From an uncultured delta proteobacterium (GTDB taxonomy: Bacteria > Desulfobacterota > RBG-13-43-22): a stretch of DNA of 64,000 nt. The notes under the pieces are model-generated. The model saw only the letters and a program-made list of their open reading frames with translations. It had not been told where the DNA came from and ran no database searches. Within the stretch, counting starts at the first letter, position 1; every line of letters begins with the position of its first letter. The translations under genes were made by a program, and so were the position numbers. Below, piece by piece: positions 18,636-28,567 of this stretch. Where the stretch lies: positions 64,001 through 128,000 of the forward strand of contig CAVQFQ010000015.1 of the NCBI GenBank assembly GCA_963711835.1. The letters are read 5' to 3'.

Positions 18636-19837
18636 GATTGGTTCCCCCTTTCCAATACCAGGCAAACCGTCCAGGTACACAGGGTTCCGCCGATGCTTTG
18701 CACCAGTCCCCGTCGGGCGCCTGGGACCTGCCGCTCACCGGCCCGGCCGCAAAGCTGCAGGTAAATTTCATAGGTCTGCATAATGCCGGTGGCCCCCACG
18801 GCGTGGCCGCAGCCGATCAAGCCTCCGCTCAGATTGACCGGCAGCTCCCCGTCGGGCATAACCACCCCCTCGTCGATCAGGCGCCCGCCCTGCCCTTCCT
18901 CGCAAAAGAAGCAGTCTTCATAGGCCATGATTTCCGTTCCGGTGAAGGCGTCATGGAGTTCAGCCAGGTCCAATTCTTTGAGCGGATCGCTTATTCCCGC
19001 CATTTTGAAGGCCTTTTGGGCCGCCAGCCTCGAAGATTCAAAAGTATAGATATTGTCCCGATTGCCGGGCATAACGTAATCCACCGAGCAGCCCAATCCG
19101 CTGATCCAGATTGGGTTATCGGTTAATTTTCGGGCCACTTCCTCCGAAGCCAGGATGACCGCCGACGACCCTTCGGTATACAGACAATTATCGTAAAAGC
19201 GAAAGGGTTCGACTATTTTTCGGGAATTAAGCACCTCTTCCAGCGTTAGAACCGCCGGCGACTGGGCAATGGGGTTCTTGGTGGCGTTGAAATGGTTTTT
19301 GATGGAAACCTTGGCCATCTGTTCATCGGTGGGATTGCCGTATTTTTCCCGGTGGGCCACCACCGCCAGGGCAAACCCCGAGGCGGCCGTCCGGCCGGCC
19401 GGGTTGTCATAGGTCATGTCGGCCGTATAAAGGATCGCCCGCAGCACCTCCGGGGTCGCGGCCTCGAGTTCATAGTTATAGGCGTCGGCACACTTTTCCA
19501 CCCCCAGGACCAGGCAGATATCATATAACCCGCTGGCCACCTCGGAATAGCCGATTCGCAGGGCCGCTCCCCCGGTGGCGCCGCCGGAATTGACCCTGAC
19601 CATGGGCTTCAATCCCAACCCCAGATAGTCATGGACAAAGGCATCGGGCTGATACTGGCGCTGAAAAAAATCATTGTAGATCCCATACACGGCGCAATCG
19701 ATGTCCTGGCGTTTTAAGCCCGCATCCTCCAGGGCCATCTTGGCCGCATCAAAGGCCAGCTCGTAATAGGTCTTGTCGATCCAGCGGGCCTTGAATTTGG
19801 TGCTTCCCGCTCCCACAATGGCGACTTTTCTCATCAT
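18632..19837 (-). CDS. SCP2-type thiolase-fold protein lacking the catalytic cysteines
   Basis: VNSGGATGG where NxCASG is expected; ELHDAF; GHAVGATG. Confidence 0.88.
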   Translation of the reverse strand: MMRKVAIVGAGSTKFKARWIDKTYYELAFDAAKMALEDAGLKRQDIDCAVYGIYNDFFQRQYQPDAFVHDYLGLGLKPMVRVNSGGATGGAALRIGYSEVASGLYDICLVLGVEKCADAYNYELEAATPEVLRAILYTADMTYDNPAGRTAASGFALAVVAHREKYGNPTDEQMAKVSIKNHFNATKNPIAQSPAVLTLEEVLNSRKIVEPFRFYDNCLYTEGSSAVILASEEVARKLTDNPIWISGLGCSVDYVMPGNRDNIYTFESSRLAAQKAFKMAGISDPLKELDLAELHDAFTGTEIMAYEDCFFCEEGQGGRLIDEGVVMPDGELPVNLSGGLIGCGHAVGATGIMQTYEIYLQLCGRAGERQVPGARRGLVQSIGGTLCTWTVCLVLERGNQS

Positions 19838-19924
19838 GCCTCCTTTTCTTTTTCCGAAATTTTCTTTGTCGTGATCACAAGAAAAGAGAATGTTTACGGA
19901 TTTCGAAAAAGCCCAACCTCCCAT

Positions 19925-20058
19925 GTTGATCAAAAATGCCCGGATTCAAGGCACCCGAAATTCCGAGGAATGAAACCTACGTTGAATTACGCAGGAATGA
20001 CGAGGATGAGGGCTATCCCGCGAAACGCGGGCTGTATGGGCGTTTTTCAATGCCCTGC
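19925..20058. repeat. Palindromic intergenic element
   Basis: Ends AAAAATGCCC / GGGCGTTTTT are complementary; internal hairpin CCCGCG-aaa-CGCGGG. Confidence 0.5.
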
Positions 20059-20061
20059 AAC

Positions 20062-20783
20062 TTAGCCGCCGAGATAGGCCTTCTTCACATGCTCGTTCTG
20101 AATCAAATCCGAGCCCTTTCCCTGAAGGGTGATGGAACCGGTTTCCAGTACGTAGCCTGATGGGCCAGGCGAAGGGCCATCTGTGCATTTTGCTCCACCA
20201 CAATAATGCCCACCTCCTTACGATTTATCTCGCCGATAATCCGGCCTACTTCCCTAACCATGAGAGGCGCCAGACCCATGGAAGGTTCATCCAGAGCAGA
20301 AGCTTCGGATTGGACATGAGAGCCCGGCCGATAGCCAACATTTGCTGTTGCCCACCACTCAGGCTGCCTGCCCGTTGATTTTGACGGTCCCTTAAAATAG
20401 GGAAGTGTTCATAAATGGTTGATAGATTCGCTTGGATCTCTTTTTTATCCTTCCTCCGGCATAGGCCCCCATCATCAGGTTTTCCTTGACGGTCATAAAG
20501 GGGAATAGTCTTCTTCCTTCCGGAACATGGGCAATTCCGGACTCGAACAACCTCCTGCGGCGGTAGGCCGTTGATGTTCTTTCCCTCAAATAAAATCTCT
20601 CCGCTTGCGATGCCGAATCAATCCGGAAATGGCCCGCAAGGTGGTGCTTTTCCCGGCCCCGTTGGCTCCGATCAGGGTCACGATGGTCCCAGCCTCCACC
20701 TGAGCAGAGATACCTTTTCAGGACGGAGACCGTTCCATAATAGACCCGCAGGTTTTGCACGGACAACCAGTCCGGTCACTCAT
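20062..20783 (-). pseudogene. LIV-type ABC ATP-binding protein (LivF-like), multiple frameshifts
   Basis: Fragments IGANGAGKST, HVPEGRRLFP, LSGGQQQMLA and KKAYLGG lie in shifting frames. Confidence 0.8.
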
Positions 20784-21549
20784 CCCAACCTCGCTTCCCA
20801 GGTAGGCTTCGATCACCAGAGGATTGCTGTTGGATTTCCTGGGGGGTTCCCTCGGCAATCTTCTGCCCGTAATTTAGGACCACCATGCGGTGACTGGCAC
20901 TCCATGATGGCCTTCATGTCATGTTCGACTACCATCAAGGCGATCCCTTTCCCCTTCAATCCCCGGATCAATCCGATAAACTGCGGGACTCTTCCGGATT
21001 CATACCGGTTAGCGGTTCATCCAAAAGCAACAGGCGGGGTTGGGCAGCCAGAGCGATGGCGACTCCCAAGGCCCGTTGGTACCCATGAGGCAGATTCTGG
21101 GCCGCTTCGTCTTTAACCGCCAGCAGATCGAGATAGGTCCGGATATCTCCAGACCGCTCCTGGCGACAGCCGCTTCGTCGGACTTGGCCTTGGCTTCGGT
21201 TCAGAAGCAATCCGAGAAATTGGCCTTGATCATCAGGTGATGGGCGATGATCAGATTGTCCCAGACCGATCGCTGCATAAAGAGAGCGTTTCCCTGGAAG
21301 GTGCGAACCAGCCCTTTCCGGGCTATCCGGTCCGGGCGAAAGACCGGTGATGTCTTCCCCGTTAAAAAAAATCTTGCCCGTTGAAGGCGGCAGAAAGCCG
21401 CTGATCACATTAAAGAGGGTGGTCTTGCCCGATCCGTTCGGACCGATCAGTCCCAGGATCTCTCCGGCCTTCACCTCCAAGCTCAATTCCTGGAGGGCCG
21501 ACAACCCGCCGAAGTTCTTGGTTATGGTTTCAATTGTAAGGAGCATCAA
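20780..21549 (-). pseudogene. LIV-type ABC ATP-binding protein (LivG-like), multiple frameshifts
   Basis: GLIGPNGSGKTT and LLLLDEP motifs; frame changes in the middle and C-terminal regions. Confidence 0.8.
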
Positions 21550-21571
21550 GGTCCGCTTTCCTTTTCCCCGG

Positions 21572-22511
21572 TTATCCCTTCTTGATTTTCCCCCGTATCC
21601 GGGCCGGCAGGGTGATAAGTCCTCCCGGCAAAAGAAACATGACCAGGATCAGGATCACGGCATACACTACGGGTTCATACTCCTTGGTCTGTCGCAACAT
21701 TTCAGGCACCAGGGTCATAAAAAAAGTCCCCAAGACCGGTCCCAGGACACTGCCGGTTCCCCCGACAATGACAAAAAGCAGGCAGTAGATCGACTGCCAG
21801 ATGGTGAAGAATTCCGGGCTGGTAAAATTGAAGATAATGGGCATAAACGCTTCCGCTGATACCGGCCAGGAAAGCAGCCCCAGACAAAAGGCGATCAGTT
21901 TGTATTTCATGAGGTTGATTCCGATGGATTCGGAAAGGATGTCGTTTTCATGAATCGCGGAAAATATCTTGCCCATCCGGCTTCGTTCAATGGCCACCAT
22001 GACCAGGTAGGTCAGCCCGGAAATCACCAGGATGAGATAGTAGAAGGGAATCCGGTTGCCGAAGGAAATCGAAAATACCGGGGTCGGCGACGGGATACCG
22101 GGAATCCCGCCCGATCCCCCCAGCAAACCCGGGCCAATTGACAATGACCAGGCGGATGATTTCGGCAAAGGCAAAGGTGATGATAGAGAAATAAACCCCC
22201 TTGATACGCAGGGTGGGATAGCCGATCAGAAGGGCCAGGAAGGCGGCAGCCAGTCCGGAAAGGGGGAAGGCCAGCCAGAAGGAAAGGCCGGCCTTCATGA
22301 CCAGCAGAGCGGAGGCATAGGCCCCGGCGGCCATGTAGGCGGCATGGCCGAGGGTCAACTGACCGGTGGACATAATCAACCGAACCCCCCAGACCGAAAC
22401 GGACCACATACCGGCTGTGATCAGGATACTCAGGATGTAGGGGTCCTGGGTAACGATCGGAAAAACCACCAGGAGATCAGGAGTAGAAGGGACTCTTTAA
22501 CTGTTAGCCAT
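21572..22511 (-). pseudogene. LIV-type ABC permease (LivM-like), frameshifted
   Basis: TGQLTLGHAA...LRIKGVYF in ORF 21987-22469; IVGGTGSVLGP in ORF 21572-22174. Confidence 0.8.
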
Positions 22512-23363
22512 GGCCAAGAAGCCCCTGCGGTCTAAAAAGTAAGACCAGCATGACGATGGCGAAACCCAGGATCTCGGTAATGCCCCCTAAGAAGGTATAG
22601 CCGATGCTTTCGACAAACCCGAGCAGCAGCCCGCCGAGAATGGCGCCGGGGATGCTGCCCAGCCCCCGATGACCACCACTACCAGGCCTTTCAACATGGC
22701 ATGCATCCCCAAAAATGGATTGACCACAAAAAGAGGGGCCAAAAGCGAGCCGGCGGCCCCGGCCAGGGCCGAACTGACGGCCATACAGGTCACGAAGGTC
22801 GAAGTTACGCCCGATCCCCTGAAGGGCGGCCGCTTCCCGGTCCTGGGCAACGGCCCTCATGGCCTGGCCCACCCGGGCAAATTTTATAAAAACCGTCAAG
22901 GCTACCATCAGAAAGGATGGCTGCTATGATGACAAAGAGCCTCTCCATCGACAGGGTGACTCCGGCCGCTCTAATCACCCCGGAAAAAACCGGGGTGACG
23001 GACTGGTCCTTCTCACCGAAGACCAGGAGAGAAAGACCGCCGATCAGCATGGCCACCCCGACCGCGATGACCAGACTGGGATCGTGCTTGTCCTCGAAGG
23101 GCCGGAAGAAAACGAGATAGACGATGCCCCCACCGGATGGCGATCAGGACCATGCTCAGGATCAGGGCCGAAAAATAATTCAATCCCAGCCGCTCGCAGA
23201 GCAGGTACGTCGCAAAGGCCCCCAACATGTAGAATTCGCCATGGGCGAAATTCAACAGGCGCATGATCCCGTATATCAGGCTGAAGCCCGAGGCGATTAA
23301 AGCGTAGGTCAGCCCCAGCATCAAGCCATTGACGGCAATTTGAATGAAAAAGGAAGAGGTCAT
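22504..23363 (-). pseudogene. LIV-type ABC permease (LivH-like), frameshifted
   Basis: NGLMLGLTYALIASG...LNFAHGEFYM, AMRAVAQD and RPQGLLG lie in different frames. Confidence 0.8.
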
Positions 23364-23374
23364 CCCCAAGCCGA

Positions 23375-24581
23375 TCATCAATGGAATCATGGGCAACATC
23401 ACGCCCCGGTTATTCAACTTGCCGCCCTGCAGTTCGGAAATATACACCGGCGTAACGATCTGACGGTTTATTCCGTAATAGTCCTTGCCGGCGAATCGGC
23501 TGATCCCGAAAAGCGTTTTCCATTCCGGGGTCTTATCCAGGACCTCTTTGACTTTGACGGTATCCAGGCTGCCGGCCTTTTCAATGGCCTGGACCATGAT
23601 GTCCAGATACAGATGGTACTTGGGGGTCACCGGATCAAACGGTTTTCCGTAAAAGGCGATGTAATCATCGTGGAATTTTTTTTGTGCCTCGCTGGCAAAG
23701 GCCCCCAGGAGGTCGTGGGTATTGCTAATATGCCCTTCGGCATTCTGGACGCCGGCTATCTTGCAGAACTCCGCCGGATCAAGGGTCGTCCCGGCAAAGG
23801 TCCTCCCTTTATAGCCAAGCTCCCGGGCCTGTTTGATGATCAGGGCCTGGTCTCCCGGCGGCACCCCGGTCACATCAATAAGGTCCGGGTTGGTCAGGAT
23901 CAGTTTGTTCAAAAGGGGATAAAAATCGGAAATGCCCCGTTCATAAAACTGGGAAAAAACCACTTTGAACTGATGTTGTTCCGCAATCCGCCGGCAGTCC
24001 TTCTCCACATTCAAGCCGGTGACGTCATTCGGTTCGATAAAGGCTACGGTATTAATTTTGGGATAGTTTTTAGCCACCCAGGCATACATGGACGGCAGGA
24101 TCTCATTGGAGGTCAGGACCAGGCGAAAGCTGTAGGGTTTATCCGGAGAAAGGATCTCTTTGGAATATGAATTCAGGAAAAAGAGGACTTTGTTGGGTTC
24201 GGTGATGGGTTGGGCTGCCAGGAGCACGGCCGAGGACTGGGAACCCAGAATAAATTTGACTTTGTCCCGGTTGACCAATTTTTCAGCGGCCATACGACCG
24301 GCGGCGGCATTGTACTTGTCGTCCTCCCAGATAATCTCGATCAGGACCTTTTCACCGCCCACATTAATGCCGCCCTGGGCGTTGACTTCCTTTTGTTTGA
24401 TGGTGATCGCTTTTTGGGCCGCCAGGCCCCACATGGCCGCCTTTCCCGAAAGCGGAAAAATCGCCCCGATCTTAAGCACTTTTTCCGCTGAAAACGATTG
24501 GGAAGGTAACAACAGGCCGCCAATAACCAGACCCAGAAGCAGGAGACCGTAAAATCCCCCCTTGATTTGTCGTGTTTTCAT
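23375..24581 (-). CDS. LIV-type ABC substrate-binding protein
   Basis: Signal peptide; KIGAIFPLSG and EVNAQGGI motifs. The stop appears lost, so the ORF reads into livH. Confidence 0.85.
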
Positions 24582-24747
24582 AGCCAGGTCCTCCTTTTTA
24601 GTTAAAACGGTTTTCTTCGCTCAGGAAGATTGGAATAATTTAACTGCCAAGTATATTGACCCAACAACTGTTTTTGGGGTTTATTTTTCGGGCCGGCCGC
24701 GCCCCGTATAAGGCGGTCGTTTTTTATTTAAGAAAGAGCTTAGAAAT

Positions 24748-24787
24748 TTAATTAGATTTTTTATTAGTTCTTGAGAGGGTTGTCAAG
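24748..24787 (-). promoter_or_regulatory. Putative sigma70 promoter with CTTGA-N8-TCAAG palindrome
   Basis: TTGACA on the - strand inside CTTGAGAGGGTTGTCAAG (24770-24787); TTAATTAGATTTT (24748-24760) also occurs inverted at 39906-39918. Confidence 0.5.
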
Positions 24788-24887
24788 AAAAACTTCCAAC
24801 TTTTCCTCCCTCTGAAACCTTTCATCTTGTCCGCCTTTAATTAAAATTCTTAAAACGTTTTTCCGATAACCCGATTCCAAATCTCTA

Positions 24888-24973
24888 AAAAGTCCCTCCC
24901 AACCCCCTTTAACAAAGGAAGGAGACTTGTGGAATAGAATCCCCCCCCTTGGAAAGGAGGGCCAGGGGGGATT
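24888..24973. repeat. GC-rich palindromic repeat pair
   Basis: AAGTCCCTCCCAACCCCCTTT...AAAGGAGGGCCAGGGGGGATT form inverted arms. Confidence 0.65.
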
Positions 24974-25006
24974 CAAAAGGCCGTTTTTTGCTGGCCTATC
25001 TCAAAG

Positions 25007-26095
25007 TTATGGCAAAGCCCTTTTAAAGGCCGATATAAAATCATCCGTCGTCGTCCCCGGGATCTCCACATCGGGACGCTCGAACAGCTTTTTTATTTCA
25101 AGGCCGACCGGTTCCGGATCGCAGGCTTTACCCTTTAGGGCCATTTCCATATCCTGGATCACCTGATAGGGGGAGGGATGGAAATCTCCGGTGATGATCA
25201 GGTCCTGAATCCGATTATCTTGGATGAGCAGGGTCACCCGGATCAGGCCCGCCGGGGCCTTGTGCCGCCCCTCACTGACCACCGCCCCGGCCGGTTTAGC
25301 GGCAAACCGCAGCCGTTCCGAGTTGGCGTAAAACCAGGCCTCGGCGGTAAATGCTTTCTGATATTCCGCGGCATAGGTTTTTTCCGAATCCGTCAATTCG
25401 CCGGGCTTCAGGTGCAGGGCCGGGCCGAAGGTCCTTTCCACCACCTCGACCAGGAGCCCGTCGAGGTCCGCTTCGCTGATTTTTCTTCCGGCCTCGGCTT
25501 CCAGGCAGGTAAACCGGGCTCCGATCTCTTTTATTTTCTTGTCCTGAATTTTCTCCGGGGCCACCCGAATGGCCCGGTCCAGGATGTCCCGGTCGGTAGG
25601 CACCAGATTAATCACATAGCGAAGGGTCAGGATGCTGTTTTCAAGCCGGGCGGAGGTGGCGACTAATTTTCTTCCCTTCACTTCGACATCATTTAAGGGC
25701 CGGTAGACAGCCGGTATGGAAAACCGGCGGCTGAGAGAAGCCGCCAATTCCGGCACCCCTTTCTGAAAGGCCTCTTTAACCGACTTGAGCGGCACCCACG
25801 GGTCGGCGGTGTTAAGATAGAAAACGATCAGGCCGCCTCCGGCCGGGCCCCAGACTGCACCGCCCGGGTTTTGTCTTCTCCGGACCATAATGCCTTCCCG
25901 GCGGCAATAGTCCAAGTCCACCGATTTCTCGGGGTCTTCCAAGACCCCAATGGTAAAACTGCCTTCCCGGAAAATATTCAGGACAACGGTGTTCGGCGAT
26001 TCCCCTTTTTCCAGGGCTTTCTCCAGTGCCGGTGAGACACTGGTGGAAAAATCGGCGTAGCTGAAGTCCGTCTGGATAAGGCGCAGGTCGGGCAT
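25007..26095 (-). CDS. Lipoate-protein ligase A family protein
   Basis: RRRQNPGGAVW, NDVEVKGRKL (catalytic Lys) and C-terminal IITGDF domain. Confidence 0.85.
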   Translation of the reverse strand: MPDLRLIQTDFSYADFSTSVSPALEKALEKGESPNTVVLNIFREGSFTIGVLEDPEKSVDLDYCRREGIMVRRRQNPGGAVWGPAGGGLIVFYLNTADPWVPLKSVKEAFQKGVPELAASLSRRFSIPAVYRPLNDVEVKGRKLVATSARLENSILTLRYVINLVPTDRDILDRAIRVAPEKIQDKKIKEIGARFTCLEAEAGRKISEADLDGLLVEVVERTFGPALHLKPGELTDSEKTYAAEYQKAFTAEAWFYANSERLRFAAKPAGAVVSEGRHKAPAGLIRVTLLIQDNRIQDLIITGDFHPSPYQVIQDMEMALKGKACDPEPVGLEIKKLFERPDVEIPGTTTDDFISAFKRALP

Positions 26096-26126
26096 AGGTT
26101 TCCTTATAAAAGCGGGAGGCCCTTCA

Positions 26127-27371
26127 TCAGAAGGTTCTCCCCCGGCGTTGGTCCTCGACAACCGGCCCCCCGGTGAGGCCGTCCGAGACAATGATTTCGT
26201 TGAAAGCCAGCAGGGTCTCCCGCTTCAGTTTTTTCGACAAGGCTTCCAAATCCAATTGGCCTTCCCGGCCTTCAACCAGCAGGGTCAGCCTGTCCACTCC
26301 CTGGGGATTGCTGACAACGACCCGGTAATTTTTCCCGGCCCCGGGAAGACTCTGAAGAATAGGAGCGATCTGGGAGGGCCAGAATTTGACCCCTTTGATC
26401 TTAAGCATTTCATCGGTCCGGCCCAGGATCCCCTTCGGCATGGTCAGCGGCCGGCCGCAGGCGCAGCTTTCTTCGCGGATAAAGGTCAGATCGCCGGTGC
26501 GATAACGGAGCAAGGGGGCCGCCTCCTTGTATAAGTGGGTCAGAACCAGCTCTCCTTTTTCACCGGGAGGGACCGGGAACCCGGTATCCGGCTCGATTAC
26601 TTCGGGATAAATAAAATCTTCCATCAGATGGAGCCCCTGGTCGAACCGGCAGCTCCGCGCAATGGGCATGCATAGGGCCATGCTGTAGGAATCAATAATC
26701 CCGAGGTCACGCCCAAAACCCGCTCGAACTTTATCCGCGTAACCCTCCACCGAGGAAAAGGGCTCTCCGCCCACGAACAGCAGCCGGACCGACGGGATCC
26801 CGATCTCGGCCAGCTTCAGGGCAAAGGTAGGATTGGAAATCAGAACCGTCACCTGATAACGGTTGATGACCTCCACGGCCCGCTCCGATTCCCCGGGGCC
26901 GAGAGGTATGACTTTGGCTCCGTAATACTCCAATTGATTCTGGTAAAACAGCCCAGCGATAAAGAGGTGGTAGCCAAAGGTGACAGCGCAGATGTCGTCC
27001 TTTGTTACACCTGCTGCCACCAAGGTTTGAGCGCAGACGCGATGCATCCGATCGAGGTCATTTTGAGTATTATAGACCGGATACAACTCCTTGCCCGAAG
27101 GGGAAAAATTGATTCGAGTTACCCCGGGCAGGAATAAGGAGCACTCGGAAGGTTTTTTCTGCAGTTCGCCCAGAATTTCCTTGCTGGTCGTAAAGGGAAC
27201 CCTTCTAAAATCATCCCAACTTTTTATATCGGAAGCCTTCAGACCGGCCTGCTCAAATTTCTTTCCATAGAAATTGAGCCGGGAACCTTCCTGGAGTTGG
27301 GTCTTCAACCGGCTCAGCCATTCATCCTTCATGCCCGCCGTCCTTTTGGACACACTATGCTCTTCCTTCAT
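26127..27371 (-). CDS. Phenylacetate-CoA ligase (PaaK)-like protein
   Basis: GELVLTHL.KEAAPLLRYRTGD and GRTDEMLKIKGV motifs; the P-loop is atypical. Confidence 0.85.
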   Translation of the reverse strand: MKEEHSVSKRTAGMKDEWLSRLKTQLQEGSRLNFYGKKFEQAGLKASDIKSWDDFRRVPFTTSKEILGELQKKPSECSLFLPGVTRINFSPSGKELYPVYNTQNDLDRMHRVCAQTLVAAGVTKDDICAVTFGYHLFIAGLFYQNQLEYYGAKVIPLGPGESERAVEVINRYQVTVLISNPTFALKLAEIGIPSVRLLFVGGEPFSSVEGYADKVRAGFGRDLGIIDSYSMALCMPIARSCRFDQGLHLMEDFIYPEVIEPDTGFPVPPGEKGELVLTHLYKEAAPLLRYRTGDLTFIREESCACGRPLTMPKGILGRTDEMLKIKGVKFWPSQIAPILQSLPGAGKNYRVVVSNPQGVDRLTLLVEGREGQLDLEALSKKLKRETLLAFNEIIVSDGLTGGPVVEDQRRGRTF

Positions 27372-28528
27372 GCTTTCAAAAATTCCTTATAGATCTCCCT
27401 TTGAATGACCAGATTCATGATTTCATTGGTGCCTACGGCCACCATGCCTCCCCGGGCATCCCGGAAATGGCGCTCGATGTCCATCTTGGTCGTGAATCCG
27501 ATCCCGCCCATGATCTGCAGGGCCTCGTTGGCTACCCAGAAGGAGTTTTCGGCGGCAAAGACCTTAGCCATGGCCGCCTCCTTGACCACCTCCTGGCCGG
27601 CATCCATCATCCGGGCCGCTTTGATGCGCAGGAGGCGGGCGGCTTCGATCCGGGTAGCCATCTCGGCCACCTTGAAGCTGATGGCTTCAAATTCCCGGAT
27701 CGGCCGGTGAAAGGCGTAGCGTTCCATGGAATAGCGCACGGCTATTTCATAACAGCTTCTGGCCGTGCCGACCAATCCGGCGGCGACGACGATCCGCTCG
27801 CTGTTCAACATATCCATCAGGATGGGAAAACCTTGATTCTCCCGGCCGATCAAATTTTCAGCCGGGACCTTGACGTTGTTGAAAATGAGTTCCGAAACGA
27901 TCCGCAATCCCCGCCAGCCCATGGTGTCGAACTCTTCCAGGGCGATGATATTCGGGTCCCCCTTTTCCACGGCAAAAACGCTCATCCCCTGGGTGGGATG
28001 AACATCGGGATTGGTGATGGCAAAGACGACAAACAGATTGGCTACGCCCCCGCTGGCCTGAAAGCGTTTTTCCCCGCTCAGGAGGTAATGATCCCCGTTT
28101 CGGACCGCCCGGGTCTTCATCCGGGCCGCATCGGAACCGCAGGTAGGCTCGGTGATGCATTCGGAGGTAATGGTTTGAGCGCTGAAGATCCCGGGCAGAT
28201 ATTTTTTCTTCTGTTCTTCCGTCCCGTAGTTGTTGATGATAAAGGCGCAATGATGGGGGACGCTCCGAGCGCAGGCCAGGGCATAGGATTGGGCGGCGGT
28301 TTCCTCATTGACGATGGCCTCATGGAGCATATCCTTGCCCCCGCCGCCGTATTCCGCAGGGAAGCGAACGCCGATATAATGCCGTTCGCCCATTTTTTTC
28401 AACAACTCAAAGGGATATTTATTCTCCCGGTCCATGGCCTTCACGTGGGGACCGGCCTCCTTTTCAAAAAAAGCCCTGGCCTCCTGCGCATAGGCTTGCT
28501 CTTCCGAGGTGTAAAAAATGGACTCCAT
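27368..28528 (-). CDS. Acyl-CoA dehydrogenase
   Basis: ITEPTCGSD, QIMGGIG and GTNEI motifs. Confidence 0.93.
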   Translation of the reverse strand: MESIFYTSEEQAYAQEARAFFEKEAGPHVKAMDRENKYPFELLKKMGERHYIGVRFPAEYGGGGKDMLHEAIVNEETAAQSYALACARSVPHHCAFIINNYGTEEQKKKYLPGIFSAQTITSECITEPTCGSDAARMKTRAVRNGDHYLLSGEKRFQASGGVANLFVVFAITNPDVHPTQGMSVFAVEKGDPNIIALEEFDTMGWRGLRIVSELIFNNVKVPAENLIGRENQGFPILMDMLNSERIVVAAGLVGTARSCYEIAVRYSMERYAFHRPIREFEAISFKVAEMATRIEAARLLRIKAARMMDAGQEVVKEAAMAKVFAAENSFWVANEALQIMGGIGFTTKMDIERHFRDARGGMVAVGTNEIMNLVIQREIYKEFLKA

Positions 28529-28567
28529 TGAAATCCTCCTCCAACTTGTTAACTTTTTAAAAAGTGG

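Noticed and set aside
23013-24581. 522 aa ORF that looks like a binding protein-LivH fusion
   Set aside because: Lies in a frameshift-rich region. TGATGA sits one base out of frame after MLPMIP, and livH has its own ATG at 23363.
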